Of a stretch of DNA of 64,000 nucleotides, positions 39,661-52,390 are shown in pieces. Below the pieces are notes generated by a model. It did no database searches. It saw nothing but the letters and a program-made list of their open reading frames with translations, and was not told the origin of the DNA. Origin of the DNA: Takakia lepidozioides (Eukaryota; Plantae; Bryophyta); NCBI GenBank assembly GCA_030704615.1, contig CM060732.1, positions 23,498,001 through 23,562,000 on the forward strand. The letters run 5' to 3'. The number at the start of each line of letters is the position of its first letter. Positions within the stretch are counted from its first letter, which is position 1. A program made the translations under genes and the position numbers.

Positions 39661-40866
39661 TGCAAGCAATCAATCCCAACTGGACCTAGACCTCATCCCC
39701 CCTTCCCAAATCTATAGCAACTCAAGCACACGCACACACAAGTTGATAAGCCGCTCCATCTCTCATATAGTGACTCAAGGCCAAGGCCTTAAACATCACA
39801 TTGATAAACATAGCGGCCGCGGGCTACCCTGCACCATAATAGTGTCCACACATTCAGTCAATAGTGGGTTTGAAGAAAGCCTAATTATTACCTATCCCGT
39901 CGTCATTAGTCAAACTTGATGTTGAAGAAATTCAAATTAGGTCACACATCAATTGTAAAGAAGCTTCAACTACAAGAGACTCCATCAAATTAGTGGTTCA
40001 GACTAACTTACTCCTTCCTGCTTGAAATGGTTGCCCAATTTTCCAAAAAAAAATGAAGGTAAAAATGAAATCACCTAAATAGAAAACAGAGCCCTAAATA
40101 TTGAATGCCTAGTTCTGGCAATGAATGAATGGTTTACTTTGATGCCTTTAAAATCTAAGTATAACTGATCTCCATCCATTTTCATCCATATATTCGTCGT
40201 TCAGAGACCTACAACAAGTCATCCATCCATCTCTAGTTAGCAGCAATCCGCCGAACCCAAGCGCAGTTAGGGTTTGAGAATATTGATGTCTGCCGCTACT
40301 GCCACCTTTTTATATTCCGTCAGTACCCTGACGGCCGACATTTACTATCTATCCGGAAACCCTCTATTTACTACTTACTAATCGGCCAAGTTAACCACGG
40401 TAGTTACTTTACCATCAACTAATCACCCGCTAGTAATTAATAATTTCCGGGCACCCAAATATTCCTCCTGGGGTAAGTTGGCTACTTAATTTAATATCAA
40501 AATTATTCCGTAATTAATACCAAATTTGTGGTTCTTCACTGCTCCAGGATACGGATGGAAGTAAGAATATTTCTGGATGAAAGTTGGTGGTAGCTGACTA
40601 GCCAGTAAGGAGGGTGGCAGGAGAGTGTTGGTCGGGACTAATAAGACTCTCTCACGCTCACTAATGCGCTTCACTCCATTAAGTTAAGTTAGTACTCTAA
40701 ACTGTGTTGTGTCTTTGTACTTAGCAACATGGGGCCCGCTTAGCAAATCAGCCTTGATATCAGGCTTTTTCCCTCATGGGTTTTTCTTAACGGTCCCACA
40801 AGCCAAGCGGATGTGATCTGTGTAAGTAGAGGGAGAGACGAACAAGAGGAGGGAGAGCACCTGGCG

Positions 40867-43500
40867 ATGGCTGCCACACTGAATGCTCTGAGCTGCAGGA
40901 CAGTGCTGCAAAGAAACCATGTGGGGGTCGGTGTGGGGCGGGTGAGAAGGGGGGTGAGAGTGAGGATGCGGGCAGCGAGCAATGGGCGTTATGAAGAGGG
41001 GGAGCTTGAGCGGCCACGGTGGACGGGAGATGAACTGCTCTCCCGCTTTGTCAGCTCCCTCATTTCCTTCAAACCTCTCTTCAATGTCATGAAAGTTGGG
41101 GCTCGCCAAGTCTTGATAAGGTTATCTCGATTTTCCTGCTGCTTGGCCCGGTATCCAGTGTGCTCCCAGCTTTCCTCCTCCCGCTTGTGGTGGGTAATTA
41201 GGGTGAATGGATTTTTGGGGGCTTGCTCTTCGGTTGTGTTATTTTCTTAACGTGTGGATGCGCGAGGATCTCTAGCATTAGATTTTAAACCAGTACAACG
41301 TTTCCAAGTCGCGGTGGGGCTTGGGGTGCAATTGCAGAACCGCAGAGAAGAATGGGATCAGCTGGACAGGCATGGCCGACGAATTGCTCGCATCAGATGT
41401 GTATGCAGAGAAGGAGCTCCTTGAAAATTTGTCTCTGATGTATCCTGACTGTAAGTTCTGAGGCGGAAATTCTCGCAAATACTTTTGTCTTCCACTTATC
41501 ATGGACAGAGTCGTCTGAGTTATCGTGGGTGTACAATTTTGGAATGTGCCGCTATGTACACCTCTGATTCTGTGGCGTGCTTTACATTCATAAATGCAGC
41601 AGAACTCAATTCCAGTGAGTAGTGGGCTGCGTGGGAAACTGGTTTGAGATTCACAACTAGAACACTTACCATCATGTTAAGGTGTGTATCCGGCTCTAAT
41701 GGCAAACCGTGTAGTTCTCAGATTACTTGAAAGAATTCCATGCGTATGCCGATGGCAACCTCTCATGGAAGGTATGTGGGTTCTTTCCTTGTCCATGAAT
41801 GGCAATGTTGATGATGAATTTAATCTACCATAAGATCATATCTTTCATTGACACACCATGACCTACTTGGGGAGAGGAGGAGACAAAGGATTTTCATACA
41901 TGGGGAGGGAAGTAACAGGGGCAATGACAAACTGCAGGAATGATATGATATGGTGGTGCTAGCAGGCTGCCAGTGAGGTTGCACCCGCGACACTATCCAT
42001 GATGCTCCGTGCCATCCCCACTGCACAGTCGGCAAAGGAGGCCTCAGAGGTGTTGCGTGGAGGATGGCTGCAGGTGAAAAAAAATCCAGTTTGTTTTATG
42101 AACACGAGGGCCAAGTTATAGCTATTCATCAACTTTTAGACATCGCCATCCCTGATTTCGAGAGCAGTAAATGTAACGAGATTCAGGGTAACTTAATAGT
42201 CCACCAAATGGTTAATTGATGAAGGTCATGTGGCTTTGTTCAACAGTTCAACAAAATGATTAGTCACTCTTGCACCTGTAGACTGATTTTTGGATGTTCA
42301 CGCTCTAGGCTGAGCTCTAGATCTCCTACTAGTGAGTACATTCTGTTGGCTCTGGAGTAGGTCGGGTTACAGTTGGTTTGCTGCCTCTGCAGGCTAGCTG
42401 ATGATGGCAAGGTTTTCAGAAAATGGAGTTGTTTGAATTAGCAAGGCAGTTGATTTATGATTATCCTCATTGCAGGCTATAAACGACCACCACAGGTTGC
42501 ATTCCAGTGGCCTTGTCTCTACCGTTCTTGACATCGGGTGCTCCATCGGTGATAGTACACGGTTTCTTGCTGATTGGTTTCCAGATGCCCAGGTCACGGT
42601 ATGTATGTGTATTTCATAGTATGTGACGTGTTGCATGCAAGTGTACAAATGTATGTAGGACCGCAATGAGTTCTTGGCATCCACTGGGATTGTGGTTCTT
42701 ACGCATATTCTGAGAGAGGTTCATATGTGATACACTGAATGCCATAATGGTAATTCTGAATTGCTTTCTCAACAACAGCACCATTATATTATCCATTCTA
42801 CAAGAAGCTACCAGCAGTCAAGTCTTAGCTTGGAAATGCATGAAGAGATATGTATGTGTGTGACAGTAAGACTCAGATGGTGCAAATACCAGCAGGTGGT
42901 TTTTGAACAAAAAGGTCATCAATCATATTTGTTGAATGTGTGGCAGGGGCTAGACTTGTCTCCCTACTTTCTGGCAGTGGCACAACACATGGAGAAACAA
43001 AGGGCTGCAAAGGGAGAGGGAAGAGAAAGACCAATACATTGGGTCCATGCCAATGGCGAGGACACTGGTCTCCCCTCCTCATCCTTTGATATGGTCTCTC
43101 TGGCTTTTGTGGTGAGTGTCTTGTAATGGGTATTGGTCTGGGGTTTCGCTCCATTTGTTTCTTTTGGTCGATAAAGTTTCATTTGGGGTGCTCTTGCTCT
43201 CCTTGCACAAGATGTGAAGAGCCTCTGTTTGTACTGATGGTTGGGATCCTTCAGCTAAAATTTCTTTGGGTGTATGTCGTATGAAGATCCATGAGTGCCC
43301 ACAACATGCTATCAAGGGGTTGCTAATGGAGGTCCACAGGCTTCTGAGGCCAGGCGGAACCATCGCTCTCACTGACAATTCGGTGTGTCTTCTAACTTTC
43401 CTTCCTGTTTGTTTATTTCTGCTTTCATTTTATATATTTACTTTGGGGGTCCTTTGTGGTAGCAGCATTGTTGTTTTAATGACAGGATCTTCTTTCCCCC

Positions 43501-43537
<37 letters not shown>

Positions 43538-44476
43538 CTGTCAGGCCTACCTACCCTTGGCACAAAATTGAAATTTAAACTCAGGTGGGGAGTCTAACTT
43601 TGAAGAACCACCAAGCACGAATTGTCTGGAACAATGTATTCGCCTCTGCCATGCTTTTCGCATCTTTGTACTGTTTGCATAGCATCCAAGGAGTCACTGA
43701 ACTTTGTTATTTTCTGTGTGTTGTTTGTGCCAGCCAAAGTCAAAGATCATACAGGTACAATCTGTCTCCTATCCAGAGTTTTGTTCTTCTCAATATGGTA
43801 TTTTTTACACAACTTACAGACACATGATGAAGGGAGTTTAAGAGATTTCATGGCACCAGTGAAACGGAATCATAGGCGATAGTCACACAACATCAAACAA
43901 TTTGGATGATGAAACTGTGGGAGTACAGGAACCCAGCTGCCATCGCCAACTTAAAAAATTGTGAATCACATTGGAGAGGAAGAGGTTTACAAGAATTCAA
44001 AGGGTAACAACAGAGAACTTGGAACATGTGAAGGGAAAGTATAGATTATGAAAACATCTGCATTTGTCAATCTTGATTCAAACTGAGGGCATATGAGCTG
44101 CACTGTCCACTGATACTCAAGAAAAGTTTGTCATAAGTAATAGAAGTTGTGTGCTCCGAGGAGCTGTACTCACTGAATTGAAATCATCTTTGAAGGCCTG
44201 TATGATTTGTTCTTTCTCTTGTAGGGCCAGTGTCCTAATGTCTGCATCTTACAGGGGAAGGTTGCGTATGATGAAGTAGGAGGCTGATGCTTTTATTGGG
44301 TGTGTCTCCAGAATTTGCCGCCTGCATTATTCACTTTGATGAAATCAACAGAGCCATGGATGGACGAGTACTATACCTTCAACTTGGAGAAAGCCATGGA
44401 AGAGACGGGCTTTACGAACGTAGCCTCAATATTGACAGACCCACGTCACCGAACTGTCACGGGCACAGCATCCTAA
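40867..44476 (+). CDS. SAM-dependent methyltransferase (type 11/25-like), probably plastid-targeted, about 9 exons
   Basis: Spliced product contains 'YPDYYLKEFHAY.DGNLSW', 'VLDIGCSIG', 'GLDLSPYFLAVA', 'HECP', 'RLLRPGG', 'MKSTEPWMDEY', 'TDPRHRT'; transit-peptide-like N-terminus. Confidence 0.88.
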
Positions 44477-45479
44477 TGGTGAATCCTAGATTTCAAATGG
44501 GAACATTTTGTAAAGACAAGGAAATCACACATTTTTGTACTACAAACTCTCTCTCCATCTCCTTCTGCCCATCTTTAGTTGCACACAATCACAGTTGCAG
44601 TTATTCTCTTTGCTTGCACATGTGCAACTGCGGTGATTCAGTGAAATCCAGGGTGATGGCATAATGGGCTTCAGCTCAAAATTCCATCTCTTGGCTCACT
44701 AGTATGTATGTCTTTAACCCCCATAGCTTTCCTCTACAAAGTAGTAGAGAGCCACTTGAAGTAAAACTTGGTGATGGTAACTTCACACCACAGCTTATAG
44801 CCTCTCAATCTCAAGGCAACATGAATCAAAACAAACCAACTCACTGCAATTGCAATACGACTCCACCCTCACAATCAAACACAGTGCAATTGTATGTCAC
44901 TCCAGAGCATCCACAGCATTCACAGCATCACAGAACATTTGTGCATGGTTATCGAATTTCCGGTGGGTTCATCCGGTAAGAGCAGAGCAGCAGATATCAT
45001 CCTTTCAAGAAACACCTCCTATAATGTTTGCGTTTTCGGCAGAAATGGAAAAATTACACCGACGCTTTGCAACAACAATAACCGTCTGTGCACCAGACAA
45101 GTATTTCGAAGAGGGTACTACACTACATACGAGTTGGTTTTCATTGTGGGGCCCCTTTTGGGGGGCAGCCAAAAAATTAGGGTATGCCGCTTTCTGTACC
45201 CCGCGCACGGTATTCTTTAGTAAAAGGCGAAAGAATAGTTCGCTTTGTGCTGAGTACACGGCTTTGTAACGTTTGGACGGCGACGCGGGTTCTTATACTC
45301 TCATTGTGCTAAGATGAAGGCAAACGATATGGGATAAATAGACAGAGGAAATCTTGGGATGATTTTGATGGTCGGAATTTCTGATTCTACGCACACCCGA
45401 GGCTAAAAGAAAGGCTTGGTTGAGGCAGCGTAGGAATGTGAAAAGCAAGGCCCAAGCGCTGGCCGGCATTTCTGAGTCC

Positions 45480-46260
45480 GCAACCAAGTTGGTGTGGATC
45501 GATGAGCCGTCGTCGTTCTTCATGTTTTGTAGGACGTGTGTGTTGTGGAGTTTGTGGATCCATGGAGGGCCGTGCTGCACACGATGGATGGATCTCTCAT
45601 TCCTTTTGCCTCCTGTGTGTGACTGTTGCGAAATAACGTCAACGGCGGAAGAAGAAGAAGAAGACGAAGAAGAAGACACCGGGCGAAGCCAACCAAAGTC
45701 AGCAGAAACTATTTGGCATATTGAATCTACAGATGGAGGGCTGTTTGCATCAAATCGATTTGTGGGTGTGAGAGTGTGCACTCCATTGTCTTCAACCCGA
45801 TCTCGAAGTGTTGCAGACGATGATCTGAAGAGCCTGCAGTTTACAGTGAGTCTCAGAGCTTCACTCACAGCATTAACGTTCTGGATGAATTGGTGGTGGA
45901 TGGTAGTACGGAGGCCTACAAGCTTATTGTGGTTAGGGTAAGGCCTGCAAAACCTACCGAAAGCGTTGGAATGAGACAGGAAACTTGCCTGGAGCTCCGC
46001 TGGATTTTGCTGCAGGTATGGCGTTAGCCAGTGCCAAATGTGGCAACGTTGTATATGCCATGATGCTCGACTGTGACGCTCGGACACATGTCCCTACAGT
46101 GAAGAAGACCTGCATACTTGGTGGAAAGTGGAGATCGCATGTTGCTGGTTGGGAGGGTGGAGGATATTGGCAGCAATTCTACACGTTTATGGGAGTTCAA
46201 TGTCTCCACACGAGAATGGGCGCAGATGCCAAAAATTCCCGATGAACTATTTCACGATTG
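45480..46260 (+). pseudogene. Possible degenerate F-box-associated protein remnant
   Basis: Fragments 'MDLSFL', 'STDGGLF...VCTPLS', 'LWEFNVSTREWAQMPKIP' resemble plant F-box C-terminal motifs; no intact ORF. Confidence 0.35.
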
Positions 46261-47035
46261 CTGTGGGCAGCAACTTTCAGTGCCTGCTATGTGAATTCTA
46301 CATGAATCGTGGATGTCTGTTCACAGGGCAGGTTCCTCAGAAGATGCCTGGAAAACTTTGTATGGAATCAATGTATAGTTTTGAATGATAATTTGAGTTG
46401 CTTCCCTACATGGATTTTCAATGGGGAACTATAAAGCTCTGGTTCCGGTTATCATAATATTTTAATGGGAGGGAGAATGTTCCACAAAAGAACTGTCCAA
46501 CATTGGTAGCAAGCAGCATTGGTCTGGTGCCCAGGTTTAAGGTGGGTATAAACCAGGTTCTAAGCACGGGCTCAGCTAGCAAGTGAGCTAAGCTGAACCA
46601 ATCCTTAGCAGAATTGTCTGAGATGTTGGCACTACAAGAATGTTGAGCAGCGAGATTTTCAGAGGAATCTGCTGCACAAAGACGTTCATGTTGGCTCCAG
46701 AGTCCACAAATTTCGCCATCTCCCTCTTTGTTTCTTTGAACTTCTCTCATGTTGGTAGCAAAACATTCAGAGGAAAGAACACACATTTGCCAGGGCAGCT
46801 TTTGCTCTATGATAAGAAGGTCACGTTACAAAGGCTTCGGAAATTAGGAGGTTCTGCCACTTTCAAAATCCTCTTAGAATACATGGTGGTAAGTTTACAG
46901 CAAGGCCCCCCATTTCGGCGTCTTTCTGTATGTACACATATTTCTTTCTGAAATAGAAGAACTCCCACAGGCTACTTCTACAAAAAGGTGTATGCGGATC
47001 TTCAATCTCAGTAATAGCTCTTTCACTCCATCACG

Positions 47036-49313
47036 CTAAACTTCCACCTTAACTTTCTCTAATACCTCCTTCCCTGTTATCCCAGTCTTCAATTGGGTGA
47101 AAAAAGGTTCATAATCCAGCTCAGGAGGAGGGTTTGCAGGGTCAACAGTGAAAGGCTGGCTGAATGGAACAGTGCTCTTCACCTCAAATGTCTTGTCACA
47201 AGCTGCTGGTGAACTCAAGGCTGCAACACAAATCCTTGCAATTTCCTCCCTGGCAATTTTCCCAGTGATGTTATCACCTTGCTCAAACAATAGCTCAGCG
47301 CCTGCAGGTTCCTCAGTCAGGGCACAAGGACGTACTATAGTGTAAGGAATCCCACTATCTCTCACCAGATCCTCTCCTTTCAGCTTGAAAGTCAGGATGT
47401 AGCCCAGCTCTTTATTCATGCGGACAGCTGGTGGCTGCTTGCTCAGATCAAGGCCTGGCCTTTCGGGTCTGGTAACCCCTGCTGAGCTTACATGCACGAA
47501 TCTGGGAGTTATTGGCTCCTTCAAGTACGTCTTGATGCTGGAGATTGGGAGCTCAAATGGACCGGCTTCAAAGCTTTGGTTAAGCTGCCCATCGTACTCA
47601 AATTTGCTGTACAATAACTGCAAAGATGCAACTTTGCTGGGGTTGAATGGCTCGGCATCTTTGACTGTACGAGCACGGAATACAGGCACAAACAAAGAGA
47701 ACGGAAGGCGGATGGATTGCCATTCCCCCTTCCGAGTGTCAAATCCACAAGTGTAGCCCACAGCATCCCAATCCGTTGTAGTCCGAACACTGCATGGCAC
47801 TCAACCAATTATGTCAAGAATGGAGACAAAGACATTTTTTAACACGGCTCAAGCAAATAGCTTGCATCAGTTTCTGTAAGCCAATTCCCAAGTACGCCAG
47901 AAATGGTGTAGTCAAGTTCCTGTGAACTGTCTATCTCCTGATGCCATAGTCCCATGGAAATAAAACCCTTCCTGAGCAAGGTGTTTGTGGGGTTTTCATA
48001 ATGGTTTCAAACTCAGCCCCTTCCAAGATGCTCGACCTCAGTTGTTGACAGTCTGCTTACAGGGTTGATTGAATACTGGTTTGAGACACTATTCCCCATA
48101 CTAAAAAAGAACAAAATCCAACACTGCTAATGTACACATTTGAAGAATGCTGTTGGCTTGTATAAAGGCGCAGACTGGTGCATGACAAAGAAGGAGAAAG
48201 GAAAGAAGGATGCGGTCACTTGCAGATTCTATTGTGATATAAGCTGAAACCTTTCTGATCCCGAAGATGTAAATCTGAAGCAGAAACTCACATGAACTTG
48301 AAACGATGTCCATCGCCTTTCAATCGAAATTCGAAGCCTTCGTAGGCGCTCAAATCCTCAATGGGCTCAAAAGTTTTGGATCGAATACTTGCAAACCCCC
48401 CGTTGTTATCGGTGGATACCATCCCCTTGAACACACCAGTTGGACCCCCATCTTCTCCTCCTGTAGGACTGATTTGCAAAGAGCTTGCGCTCACACCGCC
48501 CATAACCACATCATCTAATGCCCCCCACGCAGGACCGGTGGGAAGTCCGTTTGAAGAGAGCGAGAACAAAGTTCCCCCCTCCCTAACACCCACATGCCGC
48601 TTCGTCTTTTCAATCAAATTGCGCATACCAATGTATTCCACACTCTCCGGGGTATCCCCCTTAATCTCTGGGTCGAAGAATTTGATCCCTTGGTAATACT
48701 TCTTGCGATCAGGGGTGTCTCCTTCCTTAGGCCCGACAATAACAGCGGCTGCATGCACAACCTTCGTTACGCCTTCGAAGTACTCCGGCAAGAGTGTAGC
48801 AGACTGAGTGATGTCTGCCGCTACGACATCGACCTCCGGACTCAAAAAATTCTTAGCTTTCTCTAGATTTCTAACCAGAGCGCGAACTCGGAATCCTTTC
48901 CGGCGCAATTCGTCCACTACCCGCCTGCCCACTCCTCCAGTAGCTCCTGCCACCAACACCACATCTTCCACTTTCTTCATCTTCTTGCTGGAATCATCCT
49001 TCTGCCCACTCAATGACTGCATCACTGATTCCACAAACTTTCCGAATGATGGTGGCCCGTTAAAGAAGTAGATAGTCTTGATGAACCTTCCGAAATCCCA
49101 GGGCTGCCTCCCCCCCTCTGCTCGCACAATCCCAAACCCCTTTACAGGCTTGGACAGCCAGCTACTGCTTCGCAGGGTCTGGCCTAACCGCTTCTCAGTT
49201 GCTAGTGACAGGCCTGAGTACTGGGGCAGCGCTACAGATTGTTGTCCCAGGAGAGAAATCTGTCTTCCCTGAGCTAATGAGCTTGAAGCAAGAAAGAGAG
49301 AGTCCGTAGCCAT
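47036..49313 (-). CDS. NAD(P)-binding Rossmann-fold protein with inserted CIA30 domain (At4g18810/HCF173-related), plastid-targeted, 2 exons (49313-48292, 47789-47036)
   Basis: 'QPWDFGRFIKT', 'VLVAGATGGVGRRV', 'WGALDDVVMGGVS', 'NNGGFASIR', 'YTIVRPCAL'; intron joins RFKF-I-VRTT. Confidence 0.92.
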
Positions 49314-50771
49314 TGGAGGAGGACAACCCACCTGCACCATTGTCACAAGCATGCTTCCTGCAGAGCTAACATGGCTGTCTATCTCTTGTGCGTGGTGGCC
49401 ATCCCATCCCAGCCAAGCGTCACTGACACGTCGACACTTTTCCCTGGACACATGTTGGAGCAGTAAACTGGCACAATACAATAATGTACTTACTGAAAAG
49501 GAAGAAGGAGACTTCGAAACACACAAATCATTGACATTTCTTGATTGAAATCATCCTTGAAGAGAGACATCATCTGCGTAGGTTACATTATACATGTCCA
49601 CGCGCATCCTGAAAGAAGAGACTAAACTGTCGTCGAGCTATGAAACTTTGCAAGCTTTCGACGATGGATTGCCATAATGTGAAACGATCTGTTGTTTCTG
49701 GTGGAAAAGATCTTCAATGCGTGACTTGAAGTTTCTTCTCGTTGGAGTGGGAATGGGTAGGGTGCTGGGGTCGTCCTCATGGGGTTACACAGATGGTTGT
49801 GAGTTTAGAAGCTTGCTTTTGGGTTTCTACACTGCAGATTATTAGTGACAAGCTAGAAACATGTTACTTGGACAATCATCTCACTCCTCCATAGGCCTCG
49901 CTCACCCCTTTTTCAACGATTTCAAGCTGATTGCGGGTCAAGAAGCATTTGTCATGAATATTCGACTCAAATCTTTGAGTGCTGCAGCATTCGAATGGGT
50001 AGGAGGGACAATTATCAAGGGGAAGCTGAACTATCCCGACTGTGCGCCTCCATGGCTAGAGTTGCAGATTTCACAAAAGTTGATGGGTTGCCGAAGAGAA
50101 GGAGCAGTGAAAGCACCGGAGATGTCAAATGAATGCACCCTAGTCATGTTATGCCTATTGAGCTCACATGCTTTGACACTCTCAGATAGAACCCCGAGTG
50201 GGTCATCTGGCAACAATATTCATCTAAGCGTGGACATTCATAGGAAGCCCGTTTTCCAAACCTGTGAGCTGGGTTTGCCCACAGAAATTCGTGATTCGGG
50301 TATGGAGAAACTGACTGAAGAAGCTCCAGCTTGAAGAATAAGATCCTACGTCGTAATCTGTTGCATGTTGAAAGATATCAAGTGATACTCCTTTGACCAT
50401 GGAACTTCCAACACTATTGCAGGGGGGCTCATCATCTTTAAGAGACTCGTGTTGATCTCTAGAATCCAAGGCCGAAGAAGCCTGTCGACTTACCGGCTGC
50501 TACCGAAGGAGAGTGAGCTGCAACCACAGTTCAGAGTGACACTTCCATCAGAAAAGAAGGGTGGTAGTTGATAGTGATACTCAAGTTCTCGATAGAAAGA
50601 TTCAACACAACAATAGCAGCTCTTTTTTAACAATCATTTCAACACAATGCTGTGTCAACTGTGGCCATCCTCACAATCAGGCTTCAGCAACTATAGTGGT
50701 CCCTATTCTGCTCTCCTCTTTACCTCCACAACAGACATTTAGACCAGGGAAGGAATGCAACCCCAGACTGC

Positions 50772-50954
50772 TCAAGAGTTGGAAGGGGCCTGATCGGGGT
50801 GCTGTTGCTGCTTCATGGCCAGCAGTTGCTGGTCACGGATGACGCCGGCGTGGAGATTGGCACGCTCTCGCTGCTGCAGTGTGTGCACGGACGCTATGCC
50901 ACCTCCCGTGACGACCAGCACTGCCACCAAAAACCCAAGAGCCTTTCGGTCCAT
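50772..50954 (-). CDS. PET117: PET117-family cytochrome c oxidase assembly factor (60 aa)
   Basis: Hydrophobic N-terminal helix followed by 'VHTLQQRERANLHAGVIRD', matching the PET117 signature VH..Q..ER..MH.GV.RD. Confidence 0.8.
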   Translation of the reverse strand: MDRKALGFLVAVLVVTGGGIASVHTLQQRERANLHAGVIRDQQLLAMKQQQHPDQAPSNS

Positions 50955-51333
50955 CTGTCTTCGGCCTCCTTGGCCTTGCCTTCCAAGCACACGCACATCG
51001 CAGCCCCTTCCCACAGATTCTCACAACAACCCACCTTGATCTTCTTCCTCTTTGCGGAACTCCAGTTCCTGTTTTCTGGGGTTTACTGTTGGGCCCATTC
51101 AGTGAAGGCAAGTGATAAATGAGGCCCCGGAGTTCAATGCTCCCTCAGCGGGCCTGCCTGCGTGGCCCCAGCCCCGCACCCCCTCGCGGCCTGCGGTCGC
51201 CGCGCCTGCCGCCCCAGAACCCCGCCCCCGCACGGGGTCCATCCCTCGCCATAACACTGTCATACAATCTCAGCACTGTCATTGTTGTATTGCACGCAAC
51301 CCTCGTGCATGCCCCATGAATGCAGGAAATAAC

Positions 51334-51985
51334 CAATGTTGGACTTGGTATACCTGGTTGAACCTAGGTATGGAATACAGGTATGAATATATATATTGAA
51401 GAACATATCAGTCGGGTATGAAAGAACCAGTGTACCCATGTGATACACGTACTGGGGGAGTATGGCTTTAGGATTTCCCGCACGCATACCATACCAGTCT
51501 GGGTAAATGGAGGAATAGCATGGTCCCGATACCACTATTGCGGTGAGTTCATGGCGAATGGAGGTAGGTATGAGAATATGTTAGTGCAGCTAGTTATACC
51601 CTGTACTACAATTTGGTTAATTCAAGGCTCCATGTTGCAATTTAGACTTCATTTGCTGTTTCGTGGTACTTTGGGTTATCTTTGCCTAGTGTTTCAGGGC
51701 TTGAATTCAAATTAGCTATGTGCTAAATGACATTTATTTCTATGTATGGTGAGCTGTAGAAATACCATACCAGTGCTCATATCCCCCAGTATCACTACAG
51801 AGAAAGGGCAATACCAATACCATACTCATATACAGCCCAAAGTACAACTACTCATACAAGATTCATACCCAAGTTGCTCATACCTGGATAGATTTTCATA
51901 CCAGCCTGGTATGAAAAAGGGGTGGGGGACCCTTCATACCAGGACCAGTCTGGTATTAAAAAATGGACATACCAGTCCAACACTG
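51334..51985. mobile_element. hAT-type MITE
   Basis: TIRs CAATGTTGGACTTGGTAT / ATACCAGTCCAACACTG; 8-bp TSD GAAATAAC (51326-51333, 51986-51993); GGTAT/ATACC subterminal repeats. Confidence 0.9.
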
Positions 51986-52029
51986 GAAATAACAGCCATC
52001 ACATGGTGACTTTCCGATCATACACGCAC

Positions 52030-52117
52030 ATGACTACTCAAACATACATATTCGAAATTTGAACGAGTCCTAACATGACTACTCAAACATACATATTTGA
52101 AATTTGAACGAGTCCTA
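52030..52117. repeat. 45-bp tandem duplication
   Basis: CATGACTACTCAAACATACATATT(C/T)GAAATTTGAACGAGTCCTA twice. Confidence 0.85.
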
Positions 52118-52390
52118 GAGTACAGACACACTAAATTGGAGTCCGTGAACTTTCAAATTTGAAATTTTGAAACAGCATTCAATGTGCCTCCAAAATGGAT
52201 GGACGCCATTTAGCGAATGACTATTTTCAGCTGATTGACCACCTTTCCCCACTGTCTTCAGCCCTCATTCTGTATCTCCGAACTTCTGGACCTCCTCAAT
52301 CGCTTGCCCTTGTGTAATCATCATTGTGTCGAATTTGAAACACGGTGTCTCTTGCTATCTCAGTGTGGTTTCACCTGCTTGCCAACAGAC

